The notes under the pieces: model-generated
The model's database searches: none
The model's input: the letters and a program-made list of their open reading frames with translations, nothing else
Told to the model about the DNA's origin: nothing
Shown here: positions 13,506 through 26,280 of the stretch, one piece after another
How positions within the stretch are numbered: position 1 is the stretch's first letter
How the letters are laid out: every line of letters begins with the position of its first letter
Translations under genes and position numbers: made by a program
NCBI GenBank assembly: GCA_964016885.1
Contig: OZ024748.1
Coordinates: 12,896,001 to 12,960,000, forward strand
Length of the DNA stretch: 64,000 nt
Reading direction: 5' to 3'
Source of the DNA: Eledone cirrhosa
Lineage: Eukaryota

Positions 13506-13641
13506 AACTCTCTCTCTGGTCTGTATGGTTCACTCTACCATTCCTTACTCTCCCCTATTCTTAACATTTGGAAAATGATATTCAGTATATAAACGAGTGG
13601 AATTTGGTAAACACACACTCACACGCACACAAACACGCACA

Positions 13642-13720
<79 letters not shown>

Positions 13721-13729
13721 TCTCTCTCT

Positions 13730-13777
<48 letters not shown>

Positions 13778-13825
13778 TAAGAACCCTCGGAGAAATGGAA
13801 AAACATGAGTATTGACGTACATGGG

Positions 13826-13939
<114 letters not shown>

Positions 13940-14439
13940 GCGTTTTATATATTTATATATGCGTTATATTCGTTAGACAAAGGAGGAATTTTGCCCCATA
14001 TCTATCCCTTTACAGTTCATTGAAATTGATGCGGTTGGTGTGTAGTTTGGACAGATGAAGGTCAGTTGTTCCAGGAAAGATGGAGACAGGGAGAGAATCC
14101 ACGTGGTATTAAATTTGTGGCGGTGGTGGTGGTGGTAGTGGTGATCGTGCTGGTGATGAATTGGGCGCAGTATATACTGAGGGATGGAGTATGTGACTCA
14201 CAGAAATCATACGCCTGTGATTCACATACAGCCTTAACCAACCCTCCTCTGTGTGTTTGGTGTTGGTTAGCAACAGGTTCTCTGAATGTTACGAACTGTA
14301 GCAATTTGAGTGACAGGGTCTACTGTGATCATAACTGAATGGAGAGAAACCACAAGGATATGGTCCGAACGTGGGAGAGCCGAACTCCCACTGTCATTGC
14401 CCCCATCTCTCTCGCCCTCCCCATCTCTCTGTATGGTGA

Positions 14440-14535
14440 GCAAATGGGGTCCCACGTACTGGCCTCCCCACAGCCCCGGCGGACAGAATGGAGAAGGCGT
14501 TTCCCAGGAGAATGGTAAAGGGAGATGCGCTGGTC
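14440..14535 (-). mobile_element. CRE-like non-LTR retrotransposon 3' fragment
   Basis: Frameshifted QRISL-TILLGNAFSILSAG; homologous to 33790-33960. Confidence 0.6.
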
Positions 14536-14797
14536 ACCTATAGTTGATTAAACCTATGATCAAAAGCATTCAGAGCTAAACCGCATCTTCTTCCTTCTGT
14601 GTACGGGTAACCAGGCCCATATAATCCATCATTGTTATTTAAAGGAAATGTGGCTGTTATTTCTAGCAGGTCTAATGACCACAAATACTCATTGGCTCTA
14701 TGTGGTAGTTACATGATGGAAAGTAAATCACTCATTTTCAATGGAATAAGCTTTTCTTGTTGATACTGTGGATGATGTTCTGTTATTGTAGTAGTAT

Positions 14798-14850
<53 letters not shown>

Positions 14851-14884
14851 TTAGTAGTAGTATTAGTAGTAGTAGTATTAGTAT

Positions 14885-14934
<50 letters not shown>

Positions 14935-15267
14935 ATATAGGTTTGTCACAAGACCAGGTGGAACGCCTCAGCAAACATGAAGTTAAAATGGAAACGCCTG
15001 CAAGTGTGACTAACCATTCTGGTGTGAAATAGCCAATGAGATTTAACTGACACCAGTTGGCACCGTTGTTTTCTACAAAACTGATATCAACCGCAATAGA
15101 AGATTGGAACTGTTAACACTTTTGATACCAATCTGCCTGAAACCGGTCCTGTTTTTGAATAAATGCCATCTATTTTCCCCTATATATATATTTATCTAAC
15201 AACTCTCCATCATAATTTTATGAAATAATTCTGTCACGCTCCACCCCAAATACTATGTAAAAATGAC

Positions 15268-16110
15268 TTCTAATTTAAACTCAAAGCCTGCAATTGGTTG
15301 GGAGGGGAGAGTCGATTAAATCTACCCACTATTTGATTGGCACTTTATTTTATTGACCCCGTATTGAGGAAATACAAAGCTAACCATAGCGGGATCTGAA
15401 CTCAGAACGTTGAGGTCCGTAACTCTATGCCGCAAAACATGGTATCAAAAGCTCTATCTATACTGACAATCTACCACCCACCACTACCACATAAATAATT
15501 GTTTCTACTTTTAGCACAAGGCCAGCAATTACCCAGTACATTACTGGTACTTTATTTTATCGACCCTGTAAGGATGAAGCAAAGTTAACTTCGGCGGGAT
15601 TTGAATCTCAGAATGACAAGGGCCGTAACTCTATGCGTCAAAGCATGGCGTCCGTCCTTCTACCGATACTGCCAATCCACCGCCCTTTTACCACATAATA
15701 ATTGTTTCTACTTTAGGCACAAGGCCAGCAATTACACAGTGCATTACTGGTACTTTATTTTATCGACCCCGTAAGGATGAAAGGCAAAGTCAACCTCGAC
15801 GGGATTTGAACTCAGATCGTAAAGGGACTAACTATGCTGGAAAGCATGGCGTCCGACCCTCTACCGATACTGCCAATCCACCGCCCTTTTACCACATAAA
15901 TAAAGAATTCTAATCTAGGCACAAGACCTGTAAATTGTTGGGATGAGAGAAACTCGATTATATCAACTTTAGTATTTGATCTGTACATCAATATATCGCC
16001 GCCAGAAGGCTCAAAGACAGTTCATCTCGGTGGGATTTGAATTCATAATGTAAATAGCAGGAACATATGCGACAAAGGATCTTACCCAACGTTCAAATGA
16101 TTCTGCAATA
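15268..16110 (-). mobile_element. Head-to-tail array of ~4 tRNA-derived SINEs
   Basis: Repeated GGTACTTTATTTTATCGACCC...AAGGATGAA...GGGATTTGAA; junction motif TACCACATAA recurs at ~15485, 15689, 15890. Confidence 0.85.
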
Positions 16111-16214
16111 CCCATCTCCCTCAAACAACATAAATAATATATTATAAAATATGTAATAATCTAAATTACTGAATTAGTTATATTACGAGAAATCTCATAG
16201 TGTCTTTCACTTGT

Positions 16215-16890
16215 TCGTCTTTTTCTCTAACACCCTCTCATCTTCTCTCTCTTCTCTATCATTATACTCTCTTTGTCTCCGCTCTCTTCTCTATCATTAC
16301 ACTCTTTTTGTCTCTTCTCTCTTCTCTATCATTATACTCTCTTTGTCTCTTCTCTCTTTGTCTCCTCTCTCTTCTCTATCATTACACTCTCTTTGTCTCT
16401 TCTCTCTTCTCTTTCAGTATACTCTCTTTGTCTCTTGTCTCCTTCTCTATCATTACACTCTTTTGTCTCTTCTCTCTTCTCTATCATTATACTCTCTTTG
16501 TCTCTTCTCTCTTTGTCTCCTCTCTCTTCTCTATCATTACACTCTTTTTTGTCTCTTCTCTCTTCTCTATCATTACTCTCTTTGTATCTTCTCTTTCTCT
16601 TTCAGTAACCCTCTTTGTCTCTTGTCTCTTCTCTTTTATTATACTCTCTTTGTCTTCTCTTTCATTATACTCTCTTTGTCTCTTCTCTCTTCTCTATCAT
16701 TATACCCTCTTTGTCTCTTGTCTCTTCTCTTTTATTATACTCTCTATGTCTCTTCTCTCTTCTCTTTCATTATACTCTCTTTGTCCCCTTCTCTCTTCTC
16801 TATCATTATACCCTCTTTGTCTCTCGTCTCTTCTCTTTTATTATACTCTCTTTGTCTCTTCTCTCTTCTCTATCCTTATACTCTCTTTCT
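16215..16890. repeat. Pyrimidine-rich minisatellite (~33-bp degenerate unit)
   Basis: TCTTCTCTCTTCTCTATCATTATACTCTCTTTG repeated. Confidence 0.85.
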
Positions 16891-17178
16891 CTTTCTTTGT
16901 CAATCGCTCTCTATGACGAACTCTCACCATCACGATTCTCACGTTCTCTCTCACTCCCTCTAGCTAATCTTTTCCTCATCACTTTCAACGACCTTCCCCG
17001 ACCACGGCTGTACTTTTACTAATGTCCTCGTAGATCTCACCTCTCTGTTTTTCCTCTTATACTCCGAGTCTGCCAGAAACCACACAGCCATTTATCTCAC
17101 CATGTCTCTCTTTCTCACCCACTACCTCGCTCTATCTTTCTGTGTGTCTCTCTCTCCCTCCATTTCTTTCTCTTTCTA

Positions 17179-17239
<61 letters not shown>

Positions 17240-17243
<4 letters not shown>

Positions 17244-17418
17244 GCATTCTATCTCTCTTCCTCACATACTTCTCACATACAATCTCTAAGCTACCTTCTA
17301 TCTCACCTCTTCTCCATTCTCCAGTCTCGCTCTCTCATTCTTTCTATCTTTCTACCTCACATACTTTTCACATACAATCTCAAAGCTACCTTCTATCCCA
17401 CCCTTTCCTCTTTCTCCC

Positions 17419-17506
<88 letters not shown>

Positions 17507-17596
17507 TTCTGTCTCTCTCTTTCTATCTCTCTACCTCACATACTTTTCACATACAATCTCAAAGCTACCTTCTATCCCACCCTTTCCTCTTTCTCC

Positions 17597-17662
<66 letters not shown>

Positions 17663-17753
17663 TTCTGTCTCTCTCTTTCTATCTCTCTACCTCACATACT
17701 TTTCACATACAATCTCAAAGCTACCTTCTATCCCACCCTTTCCTCTTTCTCCC

Positions 17754-17801
<48 letters not shown>

Positions 17802-17892
17802 TTCTGTCTCTCTCTTTCTATCTCTCTACCTCACATACTTTTCACATACAATCTCAAAGCTACCTTCTATCCCACCCTTTCCTCTTTCTCCC

Positions 17893-17953
<61 letters not shown>

Positions 17954-18030
17954 TCTCACTCACTGTCTCTCTCTCTTTCTATCTCTCTACCTCACATCTT
18001 TCTCACATACAGGCTCTAATCTACCTTCTA
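17240..18030. repeat. Minisatellite: ~90-bp constant unit plus variable (CT)n
   Basis: CTACCTCACATACTTTTCACATACAATCTCAAAGCTACCTTCTATCCCACCC at ~17352, 17531, 17687, 17826, plus degenerate end copies. Confidence 0.9.
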
Positions 18031-18369
18031 ACTCAACCCTTTCCAATCCCATCATCTGATCATCTGAGAAAGCTCAAGAACCACCCAACCATCAAGCAAC
18101 TATCTACGTATGTTCAATACGTCCATTCATTTGTGTCCAATGAAGTTCCACAGAGCATCAGAATTACTCATGCCCACCGTCTCCATTAAAGCCAATACAC
18201 TGATGTCAAGTCACTTCTTCATTAGCACAGATTTCCGGCCTTTTGTATATAATATAAAGCGGGGGACATATTGAATGAATGCAGATAAAAGTTCCAGTAA
18301 GCTGTTGCCTAACTTCTACTTCACCTACCTCCTAACCCACTATCTATATCATACTTACATCATCATCGA

Positions 18370-18487
<118 letters not shown>

Positions 18488-18809
18488 CATATATAATATA
18501 TATATATATATATAAATATAATTATATATATATACGTTTATATACGTATGTACATGCATACATACATATACATACATATATATATATATATATATGCATA
18601 CATGCATACATACATGTATACATAAATACACACACACTCTCTCTCACACACACACATAAATATATATATATATATATATACATACGTAGATACATGCATG
18701 CTTGCACACAGGCAGGAATAGTAAGACAAAACAACAATGCCGTATAACCATGTGAAACCATTCCACACCAACCCTATATATTGCAATATATATACATACA
18801 TGCATGCAT

Positions 18810-18846
<37 letters not shown>

Positions 18847-18972
18847 CATATATATACATACATAAGTATATATATGTATATATATACATACATACATATA
18901 TATATATATATGTATACATATTCATATATATATATATACATTTATATGTATATATATATATACATATGTATG

Positions 18973-19022
<50 letters not shown>

Positions 19023-19085
19023 CACATGTATATATATATATACATACATATATACATACACATATATATATATATATATATATAC

Positions 19086-19122
<37 letters not shown>

Positions 19123-19486
19123 CATACATACATACATACATATACACATACATATATATATATTTATACATATTCATATATATATATACATTTATATATA
19201 TATATATGCATATATACGCTCATAACTAGCGTCCTTTCCCTTCTCATCCCCCTCGTTCCTTCCATGCTGTATTTAATCAATAGTACTGTATATTTCCTCA
19301 ATGGTTAGCTACATGTCAATAGACAGACCTAGCTTACTGGTCGATGCTCTATCATTAAACAACATTGCCCATGCTCTTCATACAAGGAATTTAACTAGTA
19401 CCATACAATAACGAAGATATATTTATATATGTAAACATATATATATGTTTATATATATACATCTATATAGATATATAGATATATAT

Positions 19487-19543
<57 letters not shown>

Positions 19544-19718
19544 TATATATATATGTTTATATATACATCTATATAGATATATATATATACACACACATAT
19601 ATATATACACACACACACATATATATACACACACATATATATATATATGTAAACATATATATATATATTTATATATACATCTATATAGATATATAGATAT
19701 ATACACACATATATATAT

Positions 19719-19759
<41 letters not shown>

Positions 19760-20344
19760 TGTGTGTATATATATATATGTGTGTGTATATATATCTATCT
19801 ATATAGATGTATATATATATATCTATATATATGTACATATATATATATATATGTGTGTATATATATATATAAATATGTGTGTATATATATATATAAATAT
19901 GTGTGTATATATATATGTGTGTGTATATATATCTATCTATATAGATGTATATATCTATCTATCTATATATACATATATATATATATGTGTGTGTGTATGT
20001 GTTGGCGGTTGTGGCGTTAGTGGTAGTGGTGGAGTTTGGGGTGGTCCTGATAATGGTGGTGACAGTGACAGTGTTGGCCATAGCGGTGGTGTTGGCGGCG
20101 GTGAGGGGGGTTCGTGGCGGCGTGGCGGTGATGGCGTTCGTGGCGGCGGCGGTGATGGCGTTCGTGGCGGCGTCGATGGTGGTGGCCATGGTGGTGGGAA
20201 ATGTGGCGATGTTGGTGTGGAAGCGGAGGAAGAATGGTGTAGGTGGATTTCTATGCTTTGTTGTTGTGGAAATCCATGTCATTAATGTTCCCGTTGCTGT
20301 TGTTGTTTAATGTGTACCCCCCCCCCATATATATATATATATAT

Positions 20345-20380
<36 letters not shown>

Positions 20381-20384
<4 letters not shown>

Positions 20385-20489
20385 TCCACGCACACACAAA
20401 CACACAAACGCTCACATACATGTATGTGTTAGAATGTATGTGTGTATGTGCACGCCTATCGAAAACATATTTTGTCTTCTCTGAATAGT

Positions 20490-20562
<73 letters not shown>

Positions 20563-20667
20563 TCCACGTACACACAAACACACAAACGCTCACATACATG
20601 TATGTGTTAGAATGTATGTGTGTATGTGCACGCCTATCGAAAACATATTTTATCTTCTCTGAATAGT

Positions 20668-20670
<3 letters not shown>
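20381..20670. repeat. ~110-bp direct duplication bounded by (TA)n
   Basis: ACATTCCACG...CTGAATAGTTGC at 20381-20492 and 20559-20670. Confidence 0.9.
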
Positions 20671-20752
<82 letters not shown>

Positions 20753-20880
20753 ATATATATATATATATAAATATATATATATGTATCTATGTATGTAGGT
20801 AGGTATGTATGTATGTAGCTATGTATGTATGTATGCATATGTGTGTGTGTATGTATGCATGTATGTATGTATGTATGTCA

Positions 20881-21486
20881 GGTCACCAGTTGGTGCTACT
20901 GGTAACATGTATCCCAGTACAACCTGTCTCATGGTCGGGTCGTTGGCGACTAAACTGGCAACCCCACCAAGGTTTCTTGGTGAGGAGGGTGACTTTGGAC
21001 ATCCTGCAGGACTAAAAACAAAACCTGTCAAAGGGCAAAGGAGCTCTTAAGAGTCAATGGCCATCCAAAATCACCGGGAGAGATGACCCCTTAGCCTTTG
21101 TCAAGGCAGAATTCTAGGAGAAGGAAAACTCTGATATAACACCTGCAACCCTGATGGTATCCAATGATGTTGACTTGTTCTTCTTTTTGGTAAATATCAT
21201 CTTGGTTAAGAGAGTGGGACTGGCTTTGTGCAGTGCCTTTGCTCACTATAAAAGCTTCACGGCACAGGCATTGCTTTATATCTGGAGATCTCTCTGCACT
21301 TGTCCTCACATGGTACCATGGGCCCAGCACTATGTGTCAATAATTGTCACAAGTGTAGTGTTTGTACCAGAGTTTTCAAGTCGCTGGCTGGACTAAAAAG
21401 TCACACTCGTTCAGCGCTTCGGTAGGGGTTCTCCTACATGGATATAAAGTAGTGGCCGTACTCGAAAACGAGTTGGCAGCCACCAT
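20881..21486 (+). mobile_element. ~600-bp bipartite RTE-derived non-autonomous element
   Basis: RTE 5'UTR-like CTAGGAGAAGGAAAACTCTGA joined to a C-terminal CSVCTRVFKSLAGLKSH zinc-finger segment, 3' hairpin ACTCG-AAAA-CGAGT, (TATG)n on both sides. Confidence 0.7.
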
Positions 21487-21719
21487 GTATGTATGTATGT
21501 GTGTGTGTATGTATTCATGAATGTATGAATGTATGTATGTGTAGGGCATGGTTGTGTGATGTATTAATACTACAATAAATTCAAAGTCATACATGTCTGA
21601 GCAGTGTGTTACTCCTAACACACATATATATATATAAACACACACACACATGCGCACACAAACACACATACACACACACAAACACACACATATATATGTA
21701 TACATACATAGATATATAT

Positions 21720-21866
21720 AGTTTTAATATAGATGAGATTCTACAGGACTAGAACTGTTTCATTCTTTAGAAATCATCAGGAATCATCTATATTAAAACT
21801 TTTATACTCTGCATTGTATTGAGTACCTTACTTACTGTGGTTACCTCCAATTCAACCCGGAATAAC

Positions 21867-21867
<1 letters not shown>
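21720..21867 (+). mobile_element. Family A copy with collapsed palindrome
   Basis: AGTTTTAATATAGATGA/TCATCTATATTAAAACT arms; tail GTATTGAGTACCTTACTTACTGTGGTTA as at 637-664; ends ATAACG into (TA)n. Confidence 0.75.
21737..21785 (-). ncRNA. Type-I hammerhead ribozyme
   Basis: GAUUC-CUGAUGA-UUUCUAAAGAAU-GAAA-CAG(UUCUAGUC)CUG-UA-GAAUC. Confidence 0.8.
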
Positions 21868-21930
<63 letters not shown>

Positions 21931-22059
21931 CATATAAACTGAAAGAAATTGATAAATGATAAATAGGGAAATACATATTGAAACATTTTATGATCTCAAA
22001 GTTTCATATGTTATATACACATTCATCAGTGTAAATAAAGAGACACTTAATGACACAGA

Positions 22060-22750
22060 CAATGATATAACATGGTATTCCGTACTATGGGTCCGCTTAT
22101 AGAGAGAACCATAAGACGGTGTTCCCTGATATGTGTCCGCCTACAGAGAAAACCATACATAAAACGGTGTTTCCCCTCTATGGGTCGGTCTACAGAGAAA
22201 ACCATACATAAAACGGTGTTTCCCCTCTATGGGTCGGTCTACAGAGAAAACCATACATAAAACGGTGTTTCCCCTCTATGGGTCGGTCTACAGAGAAAAC
22301 CATACATAAAACGGTGTTTCCCCTCTATGGGTCGGTCTACAGAGAAAACCATACATAAAACGGTGTTTCCCCTCTATGGGTCGGTCTACAGAGAAAACCA
22401 TACATAAAACGGTGTTTCCCCTCTATGGGTCGGTCTACAGAGAAAACCATACATAAAACGGTGTTTCCCCTCTATGGGTCGGTCTACAGAGAAAACCATA
22501 CATAAAACGGTGTTTCCCCTCTATGGGCCCGTCTGCAGAGAAAACCATAAGACGGTGTTCTCTGCTATGGGAAGAATAGAGAGAAAACCATAACATGTTG
22601 TTCCATGCTAGGGGTGCAGCACAAGAGGGAACCATAACACGTTGTTCCATGCTATGATTCTACACACAGTGTTAACCATAAGACGGTATTCCCTGCTATG
22701 ATTCTGCCTATAGAATTCGTGCTATCATTCCGTCTACACGCGGAACCAGG
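22060..22750. repeat. 49-bp tandem minisatellite
   Basis: CTACAGAGAAAACCATACATAAAACGGTGTTTCCCCTCTATGGGTCGGT, about 8 near-identical copies from 22141, with degenerate ~43-bp flanking units. Confidence 0.95.
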
Positions 22751-22789
22751 ACATACACTGATGTATAATGACACTGTATGAATAAATAT

Positions 22790-23048
22790 TGACGATGAAA
22801 TTGTTTTGTAAGGGTTTGTTTTGATATGAAATTGTATGTTGAAAAAATATTGTTATATTTGGGGAGGGTCATGTTGTTATAATGTTGTTATAATGTTGTT
22901 ATAATGTTACCAGAAATATATAGTAAAACACACCCATTGTTTGGTTTGGGTTGGAGCGAAAACCAACCCAAACTAAACAGTGGATGTGTTTTACTATATA
23001 TTTCTGGTAATATTATAACAACATGACCCTCCCCAAATATAACAATAT
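22790..23048 (-). mobile_element. Family C fold-back element (diverged)
   Basis: Inverted arms 22847-22954/22963-23048 including GGAGGGTCATGTTG/CAACATGACCCTCC; degenerate tail on the left. Confidence 0.7.
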
Positions 23049-23422
23049 AAAAATATCGCTAGTATTTAAAGGTTTAATTTCAAATACTATTTGAATATTT
23101 GGTAATATAGTGGTAAGTATATATTCACTGACAGATATTCAATCTGAATATATCTCGCATCGATTTCATTAGTTTGGGAGGATTTGAGGAAATCCCGAGC
23201 TCTGTCTCGCCTTTACAAAATAATTTATTTAAAAAAAATGCTTCGAGTAGATTTATGTTTTAACGCCACCATCTGTTAGTGTATCACAGTTTGTACTGGA
23301 TGACACAACATAAGGATCCCGGAAGATGAGATAATTATTAGAAACAGCAGCACCGTACCACACTCTACAGTAATTAGTAACATTCACTCTAAATGCTAGT
23401 TACATATTACTGTTGTTATTGC

Positions 23423-23502
<80 letters not shown>

Positions 23503-23869
23503 TAGTAGGTTTTGTTAGAGATTTTATTGTTGCTATTGCTGTTATTGTTTTCAGCGTGGACTGGATGTGACGCTCACTCTGTTTAATTAAGTCGTTCCTA
23601 TCCAGACAGACATTCACTTTCCAGCAAAACCCGATAACTGACAAATAACCCGAGCAACATCGTGTATTACTAATTAGTAATTAACTAAACTTGTAATTAA
23701 CTAACGTGCTAGTACCAGAGACTAACGTAAAGCTCCTCGTCAGCATAATTCAAGAAACGGTTTCGATAACAATTTGAGTGAGCTATTTTACTCCAGTTTC
23801 ACATCAATTTTACTTCAATTTCGCCTATACCTTCACGTTAAAAGCTTTAAAATAGATTTAATACAGTAG

Positions 23870-24047
23870 TATAATGTTACAGGTGGGAAACTTAACTGCA
23901 CACTGTGTGGTATGACATGCAAGACCCTTTCTGGTTTGATGAGCCGCCTAGGGGGGCATCACTGACAGTCATATCAATATGTTTTTGGAATTATTTAATT
24001 TTCCATTCTAAGAAGTGGCCGTACTAGGAAACGAGTAGGCTTTCCAT
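23870..24047 (+). mobile_element. RTE-type 3' end with C2H2-like segment
   Basis: CTLCGMTCKTLSGL; 3' AGTGGCCGTACT..AAACGAGT shared with 21451-21473; TATG tail. Confidence 0.6.
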
Positions 24048-24057
24048 TATGTATGTT

Positions 24058-24390
24058 ATCTATTTCTCTTAATTTCGAGTATATTTTTTGACCGGCCACC
24101 TTCCTGGTGGCAAGGTTGTAAAAGAAAAGAAATTGTCATCTCTTGAATCGCAAGAATGTTTTGCAAATTTTGAAGGTGCCAGCTATCGCAGTCATTTGTA
24201 GACTATGGATCAGGGAGCTGCACTCTTTGTCCGCAAATCCAAGTTCAGTCATACTTTGGTCCAAGCGGGTTGGTATATAACCCGTAGCTCCAATAATGAT
24301 GGGTATGAAGCTAAAGGTGTATCTTGGATACTGGATTTGTAAACTCCTCATCAATGGTCCGTAGATGTCCTCCTTCTCCTGTATTTTTCT
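24058..24390 (-). mobile_element. R4/Dong-like RLE LINE 3' end (subfamily 1)
   Basis: KIQEKEDIYGPLMRSL...FIPIIIGATGYIP...LQMTAIAGTFKICKTFL*, in a (TATG)n tract. Confidence 0.75.
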
Positions 24391-24440
24391 ATGTATGTAT
24401 GTATGTATGTATGTATGTATGTATGTATGTATGTATGTAT

Positions 24441-24860
24441 GTTCTTCTGGTTTTATAATTTCACAAATTTTTTGCCAATAGAGAGAGAGTCGGTTTCTAA
24501 TATAGTTACAAGACTCTCTCATTGGAATTTACACAACATCAACTAGGTAGATATGTATGTATGTCTGCATGCATGTGTAGGTATGGATGTTATTGTATGT
24601 GTGGATGTGGATATTTTGAGTTGTATGTGTGCATGTGTATACGATTTGTATCTGTACATGTGTATATGCAGAAATTAGATGCAAAATGTTTGGAATGTTT
24701 TACATATTTTTACTGTTCCATTAATGGATTGCACTTGTAATTTCTTAACTAGTTGTGTTATTTCTGTTCCTGTGAAGTCCAGCTTCTCAAGATTTGTATT
24801 GAAGCAGTTACTAACATATCCCAGTGCCCCAATAATCACAGGCATAAATCTGAAGGTATA
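24441..24860 (-). mobile_element. R4/Dong-like RLE LINE 3' end (subfamily 2)
   Basis: Minus frame [29 protein letters not shown]...LQVQSINGTVKICKTF plus a 3'UTR running into (CATA)n. Confidence 0.75.
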
Positions 24861-24943
24861 ATGTATGTATGTATGTATGTATGTATGTATGTATGTATGT
24901 ATGTATGTATGTATGTATGTATGTATGTATGTATGTATGTATG

Positions 24944-25320
24944 CAAAGGGTGGAGGAACTCAACAGAGTTAACGGCCATCCAAATAATACTTTTTCTTTT
25001 CACCTGGGAGTGAAAGGTCCCCAATTGTTGCTCCAACACCTTTCTAAGAGAGGGAAACTCTGAAAAAAAAAGAAAACCTGCGGCCTCGGAATCGTTCGAT
25101 AATGTTGACAAGTTCTCCTTTTCGGGTAGTATTTCGATGCACATAGAGTGGGATTGATCGAGTGCAAAGCCTTTCCTCATTTAAAAAGTCTTTCAAAGCA
25201 CAGGCATTGCTTGTTCAAGATCTGTTACAGGTTTGTGTGGCTGGCCGTAGCTTAAAAGTGAACCATTTTATGTAATCTGACAAGCGATTGCAATAATCTT
25301 AGCAGAGTTTGCAACCACCA
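24944..25320 (+). mobile_element. Diverged bipartite RTE-derived element
   Basis: Shares GGCCATCCAAA, GGAAACTCTGA, GCACAGGCATTGCTT and terminal GCA.CCACCATGTATG with 20881-21486. Confidence 0.65.
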
Positions 25321-25418
25321 TGTATGTATGTATGTATGTATGTATGTATGTATGTATGTATGTATGTATGTATGTATGTATGTATGTATGTATGTATGAA
25401 TGTATGTATGTATGTATG

Positions 25419-25601
25419 TTTCTCGTTCTCTTAATTTCGAGTACCTTTTTGACTGGCCACCTTCCTGGTGGCAAGGTTGTAAAAGAAAAGAAACTGTCAT
25501 CCCTCGAATCGCAAGAATGTTTTGCAAATTTTGAAGGTGCCAGCTATCGCAGCCATTTGTAGCCTATGAATTAGGGAGCTGCGCATTTTGTCCACAAATC
25601 C
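25419..25601 (-). mobile_element. R4/Dong-like 3' end, second copy of subfamily 1
   Basis: Close match to 24065-24240 (GGCCACCTTCCTGGTGGCAAGGTTGTAAAAG...). Confidence 0.8.
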
Positions 25602-25839
25602 ATACATATATACATATATACGTATGTATGTACATATGAGTGTATGTACGTATGCATATATATATGTATGTACGTATGTACGTATTTGTTTATGTATGTA
25701 CGTATGTATCTATGTATGTATATATGTATGTATATATGTATGTATATATGTATGTATGCACGTATGTAAGTATGTACGTATGGAGAAGGCCACTCTGATA
25801 TAAAACCTGCGAATTCGTTTGCATCCAATGATGTGACAT

Positions 25840-26280
25840 TTTTTGCGTTGCATGGTATTGCTGGCCATAGGCAAGTCCCTCTCTTCGCTAAACTCCGCCA
25901 GTTGCAGACTGCGCATCAGCATGATATATTTTTCTACACAAAGTTCGATCACCAACAGCAGAGTTTAAAGAGCAAAGATCAAGTCCAGTCCATAAGTTGA
26001 CATTATCAAGCTATCGTTTTGGCTGCCGGTCTCTGCTTCTCTTACCAGCCTGCCAGCCAGCCAGCCTCCCTTCTAAGCATATCCTTCTCACACCATGAGT
26101 TGATATTTTTACATGACCGTATAATTTGAGTACTTTTGACTTGAACATTGACGTAATTGTTCTAAGTTTGGTAATGTTGAGCAGCTTACTGATACAGATA
26201 CGGTCGCTGAGCCGCTTGCCAGTCATAAGTCTCATGACGTGGTAAGTCCCAAGCAGGACTAAAAAGCCATGTTGGTGATA
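25840..26280 (-). mobile_element. Degenerate RTE-like LINE 3' fragment
   Basis: KSKVLKLYGHVK...ICLEGRLAG..GKRSRDRQPKR; abuts a plus-strand RTE 5'UTR-like piece at 25779-25840. Confidence 0.6.

Noticed and set aside
14205-14298. Possible minus-strand exon (cag...gtgagt)
   Set aside because: Poor polypyrimidine tract and no recognisable peptide
17240-18030. Repeat-spacer pattern
   Set aside because: The spacers are only (CT)n of varying length
21345-21410. Host C2H2 zinc-finger gene exon
   Set aside because: Lies inside a dispersed repeat also present at 5149-5535; single incomplete finger
22141-22530. CRISPR-like regular array
   Set aside because: Units are contiguous and near-identical with no unique spacers; no cas genes; eukaryotic context
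23315-23350. Hammerhead-like CGGAAGA...GAAAC; also 31025-31040 and 48145-48190
   Set aside because: Core mutated or stems missing
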